Below are positions 9,373 to 18,927 of a stretch of 64,000 nucleotides of DNA, in pieces. Both the position numbers and the translations under genes were made by a program. Every line of letters begins with the position of its first letter. Within the stretch, counting starts at the first letter, position 1. The DNA is taken from NCBI GenBank assembly GCA_045606505.1, contig JAZUSC010000050.1, positions 35,320 to 99,319 of the forward strand, in the 5' to 3' direction. Origin of the DNA: Oscillospiraceae bacterium. Its GTDB lineage: Bacteria; Bacillota; Clostridia; Oscillospirales; Ruminococcaceae. Under the pieces are notes generated by a model that was not told the origin of the DNA, made no database searches, and saw nothing but the letters and a program-made list of their open reading frames with translations.

Positions 9373-9505
9373 CAAAGCCAACGTTATTAAAGCCCTGTGG
9401 CGATAGGAGTTGCAGCACACTGAATAAACGTTGGCTTTACCTATATCTTCATATACTATTTCATTATTCTGAAAGAGCTGACCTTTTGGGTCGGCTCTTT
9501 TATTT
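9373..9505 (+). ncRNA. Candidate orphan small RNA
   Basis: Own promoter (TTGACA 9339-9344, 17 bp, TG-n-TAATAT 9362-9367), perfect 12-bp stem 9374-9385/9427-9438, own terminator 9472-9505, no credible ORF. Confidence 0.55.
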
Positions 9506-9717
9506 ATCTATCTGCTGCGTACAGGTCAGCCTGCGAAGTCGGGGAGTTATTATCTGTCTGTGGGGTATATCTGTAATACATTGTAACTAAAATGTAAACT
9601 TTGCTATAAAATATAACTGTTTTTATTACAAAACGGTTACACTTTTGTCCAAAGCCTTGAAATCGAAGCTGTCTTAATATATAATATAATAAATTTCAGA
9701 AAACGGAGGTATATTGT

Positions 9718-10839
9718 ATGAAATACCGCAGAAAGCTGTTCTCCGTAAAAGATCCTTACGACATAAGCTCTACCGCCGGGCTTTTCCTTTCCGCTGTAAA
9801 GGAAGGCTGTACATTCCACTATACCCATTGTCCCGAATACAAAAAAGCACTTGACAGCAAGGGTTTCTCACCTGATATGCTGAATGCTTACGAGGATATA
9901 GCAAAGCTTCCATTTCTGCCCACCGCACTGTTTAAGCGGCACGAGATATTCTCCCTGCCAAAAAACAAAATAGCAGTAAAGGCAACATCGTCCGGTACAA
10001 AGGGTATTTTCAGCAATATCGGATTTGACCTTGGCGGACTATGGTGTGGCCTTAAAATGACCATAAGAGTCACTTCTCTGCGAAAGCTGATATCTCCTTT
10101 ACCTGTAAACTACATAGTTTTCGGCTATAAGCCGCACAGAAAAAACAAGACCGCTGTTACCAAGACTGCATTCGGTGCAACGCTTTTTGCTCCCGCACTG
10201 AGGCGTACCTATGCTCTTAAATTTGACGGCGAAAAATACACGCCCGATCTTGAAAGTGTAATTACAGCTATACAAAAATACAGTCGTTCACGCTTCCCTA
10301 CGAGATTTATGGGCTTCCCCTCCTACACCTATTTTGTAATGAAGCTTATGGAGGATCGCGGCATTTCTGTAAATCTCCCTCCAAAATCTATAATAATGCT
10401 TGGCGGCGGCTGGAAACAATTCTATCTTGAACAGGTGGACAAAAGTGAATTCTACCGTCTTGCAAAGAAAACACTTAATGTTGACGAATGCAATATCGTG
10501 GAATTTTTCGGTGCAGTAGAACACCCTATTCTCTACTGCGACTGTAAAAACCACCATTTCCATATTCCTGCATACAGCAGGGTTATAGTGCGTGATGTGC
10601 ATACTTTAAAGCCACTGCCGAACGGAAAGACAGGACTTGTAAACCTGATAACGCCTATGGTCAAGGCAACTCCCATTCTGAGTGTTATGACAGATGACCT
10701 GGGAGTTATCCACGACAGTACCGAATGTGGCTGCGGTATAGATTCACCCTATCTCGAAATAATCGGCAGAGTAGGATTGAAGGACATCAAGACCTGTGCT
10801 GCGGGTGCAGCAGAGCTTTTAAAGGGGGCAATAGAATGA
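9718..10839 (+). CDS. LuxE-family acyl-protein synthetase
   Basis: FLPTALFK, TSSGT, EFFGAVE, SVMTDDLG, GRVG..DIKTCA (C-terminal Cys). Confidence 0.85.
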   Translation: MKYRRKLFSVKDPYDISSTAGLFLSAVKEGCTFHYTHCPEYKKALDSKGFSPDMLNAYEDIAKLPFLPTALFKRHEIFSLPKNKIAVKATSSGTKGIFSNIGFDLGGLWCGLKMTIRVTSLRKLISPLPVNYIVFGYKPHRKNKTAVTKTAFGATLFAPALRRTYALKFDGEKYTPDLESVITAIQKYSRSRFPTRFMGFPSYTYFVMKLMEDRGISVNLPPKSIIMLGGGWKQFYLEQVDKSEFYRLAKKTLNVDECNIVEFFGAVEHPILYCDCKNHHFHIPAYSRVIVRDVHTLKPLPNGKTGLVNLITPMVKATPILSVMTDDLGVIHDSTECGCGIDSPYLEIIGRVGLKDIKTCAAGAAELLKGAIE

Positions 10840-12119
10840 TACTTGCCAAAGGAAAGATATTTCCATCTGAAAAGCAGGACGAGATACTCTCCGTACTGGA
10901 AACAGATATAAATGATACCCTTCTCACAAAAAAGCTCTTACAGGAAACGGTCATTGCAGCGTTTGATAATTTAAGCAGAAAAATAAGCGAGGGCAGATTT
11001 GACAAGCTTATCACTTCTATCGGCATTGAGGGTGCAGAAAAATATGCTCAGATTGCCGCCAAAATGCTGAGCCGTGAAAATATAGAGCACAAAATACAAA
11101 CAGAGCTTGGCACAACTCCCGATAAGACCTCTCCCCCGCACGGTCTTAAAACTGTAAAAATACGCCGTGAGCCGCTTGGCGTACTGTTTCACATTGCCGC
11201 AGGAAATGTAGATATCCTGCCAGCATTCAGCGTTGCGGAGGGACTGCTTACAGGCAACATAAATATACTAAAACTCCCGCAGGCAGATAATGGTCTTACC
11301 ATTGAGATATTACATCAGCTGCTTGAAGAAGAGCCTGCTCTTACAGACTTTATATACGTATTTGATACGCCTTCATCAGATATTACAGCTATGCGGAAGA
11401 TGGCAGAGCTTTCAGACGGTATAGCCGTATGGGGCGGTAATGAAGCAATAAGTGCGGTACGCCGCCTTGCCCCTGACGGAGTGCGTATAATAGAATGGGG
11501 ACACAAGCTTGGCTTCTGCTACATCTCGGGATACTTAAACAAAGATTCGGAGCTGATTGCTCTTGCAGAGCATATTATGGCTACAAAGCAGCTTTTATGC
11601 AGCTCCTGTCAGGTGGTATTCCTCGATACCGACAGCTTTGAGGAGGTAAAAAAGTTCTGTACGGAATTCCTGCCGTATCTTGAAACAGCTGCCAAAAAAT
11701 ACCCTGTAACAGAAATAGGTGCTGTCGCAGAAATAACACTGCGTCGCTATACCGACACTCTGGAAAAAGATATCTACGGCGAGTCTCAGACAAAGCAGGT
11801 GCTGTTTCAGGGAGAAAACACCTCTCTTACAGCCTGTACAGACAGCACACTTGAACTTTCATATATGTACGGTAACTGCCTTGTAAAGCCTCTACCGAAA
11901 CAGGATATGATGACAGAACTAAGGAAAAGCAAGGGAGTGCTTCAAACGGCAGGACTAATATGTACTGCCGAAAAACGCAAGGAACTTACCGAGCTACTGA
12001 TACACTGCGGTCTTACCCGTATTACTACGGCAGAAAATATGTCCGAGAATTTCAGCGGAGAGGCCCACGACGGAGATTACGCACTGCAACGATATACTAA
12101 GATAGTAAATATAGAATAA
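10836..12119 (+). CDS. LuxC-family acyl-CoA reductase
   Basis: PLGVLFHIAAGN, VWGGNEAI, EWGHKLGF, QLLCSSCQ, HDG..ALQRY; ATGA overlap with the luxE-like gene. Confidence 0.85.
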   Translation: MILAKGKIFPSEKQDEILSVLETDINDTLLTKKLLQETVIAAFDNLSRKISEGRFDKLITSIGIEGAEKYAQIAAKMLSRENIEHKIQTELGTTPDKTSPPHGLKTVKIRREPLGVLFHIAAGNVDILPAFSVAEGLLTGNINILKLPQADNGLTIEILHQLLEEEPALTDFIYVFDTPSSDITAMRKMAELSDGIAVWGGNEAISAVRRLAPDGVRIIEWGHKLGFCYISGYLNKDSELIALAEHIMATKQLLCSSCQVVFLDTDSFEEVKKFCTEFLPYLETAAKKYPVTEIGAVAEITLRRYTDTLEKDIYGESQTKQVLFQGENTSLTACTDSTLELSYMYGNCLVKPLPKQDMMTELRKSKGVLQTAGLICTAEKRKELTELLIHCGLTRITTAENMSENFSGEAHDGDYALQRYTKIVNIE

Positions 12120-12123
12120 CAAT

Positions 12124-12152
12124 ATACCGTCCATAATATATGGGCGGTATTT
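12124..12152 (+). terminator. Terminator after the luxC-like gene
   Basis: ataccgtcca/tgggcggtat stem. Confidence 0.65.
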
Positions 12153-12213
12153 CCGTTTTCTATGTATCATCTGGAAATTCATTACAAAAATAACATTTCA
12201 TAAATGTTAAGAT

Positions 12214-12220
12214 TTCGACA
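12214..12220 (-). promoter_or_regulatory. Spo0A box upstream of spo0A
   Basis: TGTCGAA on the minus strand; a near-match TGTCGGA at 12288-12294. Confidence 0.55.
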
Positions 12221-12411
12221 AGGTTTGTCAGGATATGACCCTGAAAAGCGAGATAACAGGCGTCTTAAATGGCTTTATTATCGCATTTGTCGGAGTTTTG
12301 ACGTAATTTTTGTCTACTGGAATTTATTTGAAATATTTTCCAAAACCCTCTTGAAATTTTATCCAGTATATGGTAACATAAGATTGTAAAAAATACATTG
12401 GAGGTCTTAAA

Positions 12412-13188
12412 ATGACGAATCAGATCAAAGTACTTATCGGAAATGACACCGCCGACTGCGGTATGGCTTGGGCAGGAGCAATGAAGGCTGCCGGAATGTA
12501 TGCTATCACCCGACGCTGTGACGGAAACTCGGTGCTTAATTCCATTAAATCAGAAGCTCCCGACGTTGCAGTGCTGGACGAGAAGATGCCCTTCTGCGAC
12601 GCTATCGAAGTTATCCGCCGCCTGAAAGTGGAAAAGAAATACGTTCCCGCTGTTATAATCGTTACCAACATCAGCAATCCACAGCTTGAACGTGACGCTA
12701 TGAACGCAGGAGCTTCCTGTGTACTGGTAAAGCCTGTTGACCCTCAGTTCCTTGTAAGCAGGATATCCCAGCTCTGCGGCTTTGACAACGAGCCTACCGC
12801 AACCCCCGACGAGACCGACCTTGAATGTGCAGTTACCGAGATAATCCATCAGGTTGGCATTCCCGCCCACATAAAGGGCTACCACTATCTTCGCACTGCG
12901 ATAATGCTCTCCGTAAACAACGACGAAATGATAAACTGCATTACAAAGCTGCTGTATCCCACTGTTGCAAAGAGATACCAGACTACCTCCTCCCGTGTGG
13001 AGAGAGCTATCCGCCACGCTATCGAAATTGCATGGGACAGGGGCGACATTGACGTGCTGACAAGGATATTCTCCTACACAGTACACACATCACGAGGTAA
13101 GCCCACAAACTCAGAATTCATCGCACTTATAGCAGACCATTTAAGACTGAAATTCAAATCAAGGACTGCTGTACCTGCTTACAGATAA
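12412..13188 (+). CDS. spo0A: Sporulation master regulator Spo0A
   Basis: Receiver domain plus GIPAHIKGYHYLR, TTSSRVERAIRHAIEIAW, KPTNSEFIA. Confidence 0.96.
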   Translation: MTNQIKVLIGNDTADCGMAWAGAMKAAGMYAITRRCDGNSVLNSIKSEAPDVAVLDEKMPFCDAIEVIRRLKVEKKYVPAVIIVTNISNPQLERDAMNAGASCVLVKPVDPQFLVSRISQLCGFDNEPTATPDETDLECAVTEIIHQVGIPAHIKGYHYLRTAIMLSVNNDEMINCITKLLYPTVAKRYQTTSSRVERAIRHAIEIAWDRGDIDVLTRIFSYTVHTSRGKPTNSEFIALIADHLRLKFKSRTAVPAYR

Positions 13189-13190
13189 CA

Positions 13191-13221
13191 ATACCGCCGC
13201 AGATTTTTTCTGCGGCGGTAT
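13191..13221. terminator. Bidirectional terminator between spo0A and the EamA gene
   Basis: ataccgccgcaga/tctgcggcggtat inverted repeat between convergent genes. Confidence 0.8.
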
Positions 13222-13227
13222 ATCATA

Positions 13228-14115
13228 TTATCCGGAAATAATCTTCGGCTTTCTGTTGTTATATCTGAACATCACATAGGCTGCGGCGATTATTATTCCG
13301 TAGCCGATAAAGCTGAGCCAGTCGGGGATCTGTCCCATAACAATAAATCCGACCAAAGCGGAGAAGATTATCTGCGAATAATCGTAGATAGAAACCTCCT
13401 TTGCAGGTGCGTAGGAGTACGCCGCTGTGATACAGAACTGTGCCACTGCCGCACTGAGTCCTGCACCTACCAGCATAAGGAACTGGAACATCGTCATCGG
13501 GTGGTAATCAAACAGAACAAAGGGCAATGCCGCAAGTGACGAGAACGCCGAGAAAAAGAATACCACATAGTAGCTCTTGACGCCCTTCTTCGTTGCACGG
13601 CGTACAAAGGTGTAAGCCGCTCCCGCACACACTCCGCCGATAAAACCTGCTATTGAGGGAATAAGCTCTGCATTCTGAAAGCTTGGCTTGATTACGAACA
13701 TCGCTCCCACAAAAGCGGTGAGAATAATTATCCACTGCACTTTGTTTGCCTTTTCTTTCAGCAGAAACACCGAAAAGATTATCGCAAAAAACGGCGACAT
13801 CTTGTTAAGGAGAGAGGCGTCCGACAGATTGAGCCGTCCCAGTGCGTAGAAATTACAAAGCACTCCTGCGTAGCCTACGGCTGAGCGTAAAAACAGGTCT
13901 AGTCTTGCACCCTTTTTGGGAATAACGCTCTCCTTATTCTTAATCATTACTCCACTTGCAACGATAAGTGCGAAAAAGTTCCTGAAAAAGGTCTTTTGAA
14001 CAGTCGGCACATCTCCCGAAAGATTCACGAACATATTCATAAACGAAAAGAACAACGCCGAAGTCACAAGCAGAAGTATCGCCTTATGCAGAGGTTTCAT
14101 TTCTTTTTTTGCCAT
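13228..14115 (-). CDS. EamA/DMT-family transporter
   Basis: About 10 hydrophobic segments in two repeats, SPFFAIIFSVFLLKEK. Confidence 0.88.
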   Translation of the reverse strand: MAKKEMKPLHKAILLLVTSALFFSFMNMFVNLSGDVPTVQKTFFRNFFALIVASGVMIKNKESVIPKKGARLDLFLRSAVGYAGVLCNFYALGRLNLSDASLLNKMSPFFAIIFSVFLLKEKANKVQWIIILTAFVGAMFVIKPSFQNAELIPSIAGFIGGVCAGAAYTFVRRATKKGVKSYYVVFFFSAFSSLAALPFVLFDYHPMTMFQFLMLVGAGLSAAVAQFCITAAYSYAPAKEVSIYDYSQIIFSALVGFIVMGQIPDWLSFIGYGIIIAAAYVMFRYNNRKPKIISG

Positions 14116-14943
14116 TTATATCTTACCTATCTCATTTATGTAATACGGCAATGCAAGTTCAAAATGCACACCGTAAAAACGCTTGTCGGGGGCTTCTACC
14201 GTCAGCCGCACCGCCTCGTAGGAAAATCCCACGGCGATATCAAGTGCCTTGTTATAGTCCGCTCCACGCATTACAGCACCGAGGAAGGCGGCAGACATTA
14301 TATCTCCCGTGCCTGCAATAACTATATCCTCGTGGGGCATAAGGCTGTTATGGAAATGCTGTCCGTCAAAGCCTACCGCTCCTATCCTGTCACCCGACCT
14401 TATACCTGTGATGAAAGCATAGCCTCCGCAGAGGGAATACAGTTCACACAGCATATTCTCTATATCACTGCGACTTATGTCGGGAGAATATTCCTTTCCG
14501 AGAAGCAGACAAGCCTCCGTTAGATTCGGGGCAAGGATATCCGCCTTTTCACACAGCTTTATCAAGTGCTGTGGATAATCTTCTGAAAGTCCAGAATAAA
14601 TACGTCCGTTGTCGCCCATTACAGGGTCAACAAATATGAGCGTATCATTCCCCTTGAAGTCATCTATAAAATCAGAGATAAGCTCCATTTGACGTATACT
14701 TGCTATATAGCCCGTATATATTGCGTCAAAATCTATACGCTCACGCTTTAACTGTCTGCCTACGGGGATAAGCTCCTCCGTAAGGTCTTTTGAATAAAAG
14801 CTCTCAAAACCCGTATGATTGGACAGAAGTGCCGTAGGGATAGCACAAGCCTCCACACCTGCCGCTGAAATAACAGGCAGTGCCGATGTGAGCGAGCATT
14901 TTCCCACGCAGGAGAAATCCTGTATCGTTACTATTCTTTTCAT
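14116..14943 (-). CDS. pdxK: Pyridoxal/pyridoxamine kinase
   Basis: IQDFSCVGKCSL, DAIYTGY, VDPVMGDNG, PNLTEA, GTGD. Confidence 0.88.
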   Translation of the reverse strand: MKRIVTIQDFSCVGKCSLTSALPVISAAGVEACAIPTALLSNHTGFESFYSKDLTEELIPVGRQLKRERIDFDAIYTGYIASIRQMELISDFIDDFKGNDTLIFVDPVMGDNGRIYSGLSEDYPQHLIKLCEKADILAPNLTEACLLLGKEYSPDISRSDIENMLCELYSLCGGYAFITGIRSGDRIGAVGFDGQHFHNSLMPHEDIVIAGTGDIMSAAFLGAVMRGADYNKALDIAVGFSYEAVRLTVEAPDKRFYGVHFELALPYYINEIGKI

Positions 14944-14947
14944 AAGG

Positions 14948-15871
14948 TCACTCCGCAAACATCTCGGATGAGAGATATCTCTCGCCCGTATCAGTGAGTA
15001 TCACTGCGATATTCCTGCCGCTGTATTCGGGCATCTTTGAAAGCTTTAAAGCCGCCGCAAGTACCGCACCGCTTGAAATACCAACAAGTATGCCCTCTGT
15101 CCTTGCGATAAGTCTGCCGCACTGAAAAGCCTCCTCGGTTTCGGCGGTGATTATCCTGTTGATAAGGGACTTATCCAGTACCTCGGGGATAAAATTCGCA
15201 CCTATTCCCTGTATTTTGTGGGGAGCGGCTCTGCCCTCGGAAAGAAGCGGAGAATCAGCAGGCTCTACCGCAACTATCTGTATATCGGACTTCTGCTCCT
15301 TTAAATACCTTGCCGCACCTGTAAGAGTGCCGCCTGTGCCTACACTTGCAACAAAAACATCTATATCGCCGCCCATATCACGCCAAAGCTCAGGACCTGT
15401 TGTTTCGTAATGAGCAAGGGCATTCGCCTTGTTCTCAAACTGACCCGGGATAAAGCCGCCGTATTCACGGCAAAGCTCCTCCGCCTTTGCAATAGCTCCT
15501 TTCATTCCCTCTGAGCCTTTGGTCAGCACCACCTCCGCACCGTAGGCACGGATAAGCTTTATACGCTCCACCGACATTGTGTCGGGCATCGTCAGTATCA
15601 CACGGTAGCCTTTACTTGCACCGACAGCCGCAATACCTATTCCTGTGTTGCCGCTGGTAGGCTCTACGATAACGCCGCCCTGTTTAAGAAGTCCACGTTT
15701 TTCAGCGTCTACTATCATATACAGAGCTACCCTGTCCTTTGCACTGCCTGCGGGATTTGACCGTTCAAGCTTTGCGTAAAGCTCAGCCCCGGCACCGCAC
15801 TCCTCCGCAAAACGCTTTAAATGCAGCGTCGGAGTACCTCCGATAAGCTGAGTAATATTTTCAGCAAGCAT
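14948..15871 (-). CDS. cysK: Cysteine synthase A
   Basis: NPAGSAKDR (PLP Lys), EPTSGNTG, GTGGT, HKIQGIG, DTGERYLS. Confidence 0.95.
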   Translation of the reverse strand: MLAENITQLIGGTPTLHLKRFAEECGAGAELYAKLERSNPAGSAKDRVALYMIVDAEKRGLLKQGGVIVEPTSGNTGIGIAAVGASKGYRVILTMPDTMSVERIKLIRAYGAEVVLTKGSEGMKGAIAKAEELCREYGGFIPGQFENKANALAHYETTGPELWRDMGGDIDVFVASVGTGGTLTGAARYLKEQKSDIQIVAVEPADSPLLSEGRAAPHKIQGIGANFIPEVLDKSLINRIITAETEEAFQCGRLIARTEGILVGISSGAVLAAALKLSKMPEYSGRNIAVILTDTGERYLSSEMFAE

Positions 15872-15899
15872 TGTTATTCTCCTTTGTATGTTCACACAT

Positions 15900-18803
15900 T
15901 TATTTCTTCTTTTTATGGTCGCCAAGCCATATCTTCAATTCCGCTATCAGACGTGAAATATCGAGCGGCTTTGCAATATGTCCGTTCATTCCTGCTTCCT
16001 TTGCCTCTTTTATATCATCAACAAAGGCGTTTGCTGTCATTGCTATTATCGGAATGGTGAGTGCGTCTTTTCGTGCCAGTGAACGAATACGCTTTGTCGC
16101 ACCCAGTCCGTCAAGCTTTGGCATTTGCAGATCCATAAATATAAGGCGGTAATATCCCTCGGGGGCATCGGAGAACATCTGCACCGCTTCCTCGCCGTTT
16201 TCGGCAAGTTCGGTCACGATATTAGCCTCCGCAAGGAATTCTGTTGCTATCTCCGCATTGAATTGCAGATCCTCCGCAAGAAGTACCCTAACGCCTCCAA
16301 AGTCGTAATCCGACATACGGGGCTTTACAGGTTCCTCCATAGATATTTCAAGGATACGGTTCTGATTGTGAGTTTCGCCACGCTTTAAGCACACGGTTAT
16401 CTCAAAAACAGTACCCTTTCCCTCTTCACTGTTTACAGTTATGTTGCCGTTCATCATACAGGCAATGTTAAGTGCGATAGCCATACCAAGACCTGTACCC
16501 TCAACTCGGGTAGTACGGTAGTCGTCTGCTCTCACGAACGGGTCGAACACCTTTGAAAGGAACTCCTTGGACATACCTATACCATTGTCACGCACAGTAA
16601 ACATATAGCGGCTGACGTCCATTCTGTCGGGTTCAAGCTCCTCTGCGGCAAAATAGATATGACCGCCCTGAGGTGTATACTTTATCGCATTGCCGATAAC
16701 GTTCATAAGAAGCTGTCTTAGTTTTAAATGGTCGCCGTTTACAGCTGTACGCATATCGCCGATATTCACTTCAAGAGTATGTCCCGCCTTATCTACAAGT
16801 GGTCTTACAAGATTAAGCGTGTTGTCGATGAACTGCCGCAGATCGAACTCCTCGGTTGCAAGTTGGGTCTTGCCGCTCTCAATAGAGCTGAGGTCAAGCA
16901 CGTTGTTGATAAGTTCCAGCAGATGTCTGCCCGAATACTCTATCTTATTCATACAATCCATAACACGCTCACGGTCGTCGATATGCTCCTGTGCTATCGC
17001 CGCCATACCTAAAATTGAATTAAGCGGTGTACGGATATCGTGGCTCATCTGCGACATAAACAGCGTCTTTGCACTGTTCGCCCTCTGTGCCTGATAGAAT
17101 GCGTCACGGAGTGCCTGCTCTATACGCTTGTTTCTTTCGCTTTCGTTTGTAACGTTCTTAACATAGGTAAGTCCCCATATCTCGCCTGTCTGCAAGTCCT
17201 TTGTAAGGATTACCGCCTCACGGAATACGCCCTTTTTCCCCTTTGCAACGAACTCATACTCAAAATCGAATGAGCGGCGGTTGCTGTTAAACATATCGAT
17301 AAGGGAGGCTGTATTAAAGCTCTTTCTGAAACTCTCCGCCTCCGCCTCGGAAGTAAGCATAGTAGATTTTCGGTTAACATACTCGTTATAAGAACAGGGA
17401 CAGCTGAGTCCGATAATAGGAAGCAACGGGTCTATGCCCTTTGTTTCTATTACCTCATCATACATAGTATCTGTCGTAACGTTGTATGTATACATTGCAA
17501 TAGCCGTGGAAAGGATAGCCTGCTTGTACTGACTCTCGGAGCGGAGTGCAAATTCAAGCCTTTTCTTGTTGCTTATCTCCCTTTCCTTTTCGGTGTTTAT
17601 CTGCTGTATCATAAGGATAGCGGTGAGCGGCTCGCCGTCCTCGTCATAGGCTGAGCAGAAAGACTGTACTCTCACCCATTCGTATTTACCTGTTGTGTGG
17701 TTCTTGTGACGTATCTCCGCCTCGATAGTCTTTTCACCTGTTGAGAAGATACGTTTCATATTTGCAACAAGGAACTTGTCATACATCTCGTCACGCTCTT
17801 CCTCACTGCAATCGCACATATATATATATCTGGCAAGAGCGTCGTCTGAAAAGCCTCTGTAATCAAACTCCTCCGCATATCTTCCGTCACCCGCCTCGGA
17901 GGAGTACATACGTCCCGTTTTCAGATTGATAAGGTCGATTATCTGATACGGCAGAATAAGTCCGTTGATAAGCTTTATCCTCATCGTTTCTTTAAAATCC
18001 GCACGGTGGTTATCGTTTATATCACGAAAAACAAAGAAGTGCTTGTACTTCTGGGCAAGTGCACTCTTAAAACGTACAAAGCGTATACTCATCCACCTGT
18101 ACTTTCGTGTAGATGGGATAAGACAGCGGAATTCCTCCCTGCGTTCATCAGTACCGGTCTTGAAATAATGGAGCAGCGACTTTCTTGTACTCGCCTCGTC
18201 AAAACGTTCTACCTCCTCACGGGCGATAAGCCCCGAAACAGTATCACGCCACTGGTCATAGGTAAAGTTCTTTCCAAGCACCGCACCTATATTAAATACG
18301 TCTTTTAAAAGCGTAAGGGTATTTGTTTCAAGGTCGCAAAGTCCACACACAGCAAAGCTGTCCACCATTGCCTCGGCAAGCATATTGCTAAGCAGCAGGC
18401 TGTCGGACTCCTGTTCCTCTTCCTGTTTTAGCAGGCTCACTTTAAAATATCCCCTTATCATATAGTTTTCATCTGTGCCATCGGTATGGATACCCACTGC
18501 CATAAAATCTATCCAACCCACAGTGGGATGATTCCACTTGAATTTCGACTCTGCTTTAAGTCCCTTTGCACAGTTTGCTACGCCAAAGCTCACTGCTTTT
18601 AAACCGTCCTCGTCTATGCGGCTGAAAAAACCTTCAAGCTGCTGCTGTGGTGTTTCACACATCACAAGTCCGACCTGTCGGCAGAAATCCTCGTCAGTAT
18701 ACAGAGCGTATGGCTTACCGTTTTTTATCTCCATAGAAAACAGACCCGTCAATGTGCCGTTTTCAGGCATACCGGGAATTGTGGAAAGCTGTATGTTATC
18801 CAT
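15900..18803 (-). CDS. Soluble hybrid sensor histidine kinase/response regulator with PAS-like input domains
   Basis: MSHDIRTPLN H-box, GNAIKYT, DNGIGM, GTGLG, receiver LAED..MDLQMP..AKP; no obvious TM segment. Confidence 0.92.
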   Translation of the reverse strand: MDNIQLSTIPGMPENGTLTGLFSMEIKNGKPYALYTDEDFCRQVGLVMCETPQQQLEGFFSRIDEDGLKAVSFGVANCAKGLKAESKFKWNHPTVGWIDFMAVGIHTDGTDENYMIRGYFKVSLLKQEEEQESDSLLLSNMLAEAMVDSFAVCGLCDLETNTLTLLKDVFNIGAVLGKNFTYDQWRDTVSGLIAREEVERFDEASTRKSLLHYFKTGTDERREEFRCLIPSTRKYRWMSIRFVRFKSALAQKYKHFFVFRDINDNHRADFKETMRIKLINGLILPYQIIDLINLKTGRMYSSEAGDGRYAEEFDYRGFSDDALARYIYMCDCSEEERDEMYDKFLVANMKRIFSTGEKTIEAEIRHKNHTTGKYEWVRVQSFCSAYDEDGEPLTAILMIQQINTEKEREISNKKRLEFALRSESQYKQAILSTAIAMYTYNVTTDTMYDEVIETKGIDPLLPIIGLSCPCSYNEYVNRKSTMLTSEAEAESFRKSFNTASLIDMFNSNRRSFDFEYEFVAKGKKGVFREAVILTKDLQTGEIWGLTYVKNVTNESERNKRIEQALRDAFYQAQRANSAKTLFMSQMSHDIRTPLNSILGMAAIAQEHIDDRERVMDCMNKIEYSGRHLLELINNVLDLSSIESGKTQLATEEFDLRQFIDNTLNLVRPLVDKAGHTLEVNIGDMRTAVNGDHLKLRQLLMNVIGNAIKYTPQGGHIYFAAEELEPDRMDVSRYMFTVRDNGIGMSKEFLSKVFDPFVRADDYRTTRVEGTGLGMAIALNIACMMNGNITVNSEEGKGTVFEITVCLKRGETHNQNRILEISMEEPVKPRMSDYDFGGVRVLLAEDLQFNAEIATEFLAEANIVTELAENGEEAVQMFSDAPEGYYRLIFMDLQMPKLDGLGATKRIRSLARKDALTIPIIAMTANAFVDDIKEAKEAGMNGHIAKPLDISRLIAELKIWLGDHKKKK

Positions 18804-18927
18804 AGTTCCTCTCCTTTTTTATCCTAAAATCGCAGGGCAAATGCCCTGCGAGATATATTTTTCCTGTATTTTGTAATACAATCATTATACGCCTGTAAAG
18901 GCATTTTGTCAAGGTAAAAGCATCCTG

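Noticed and set aside
9395-9430. GGCGATAGGAGTT resembles the start of a fluoride riboswitch
   Set aside because: The complementary CGCC and the downstream CTAATGAC pseudoknot partner are absent, and no crcB/eriC gene follows
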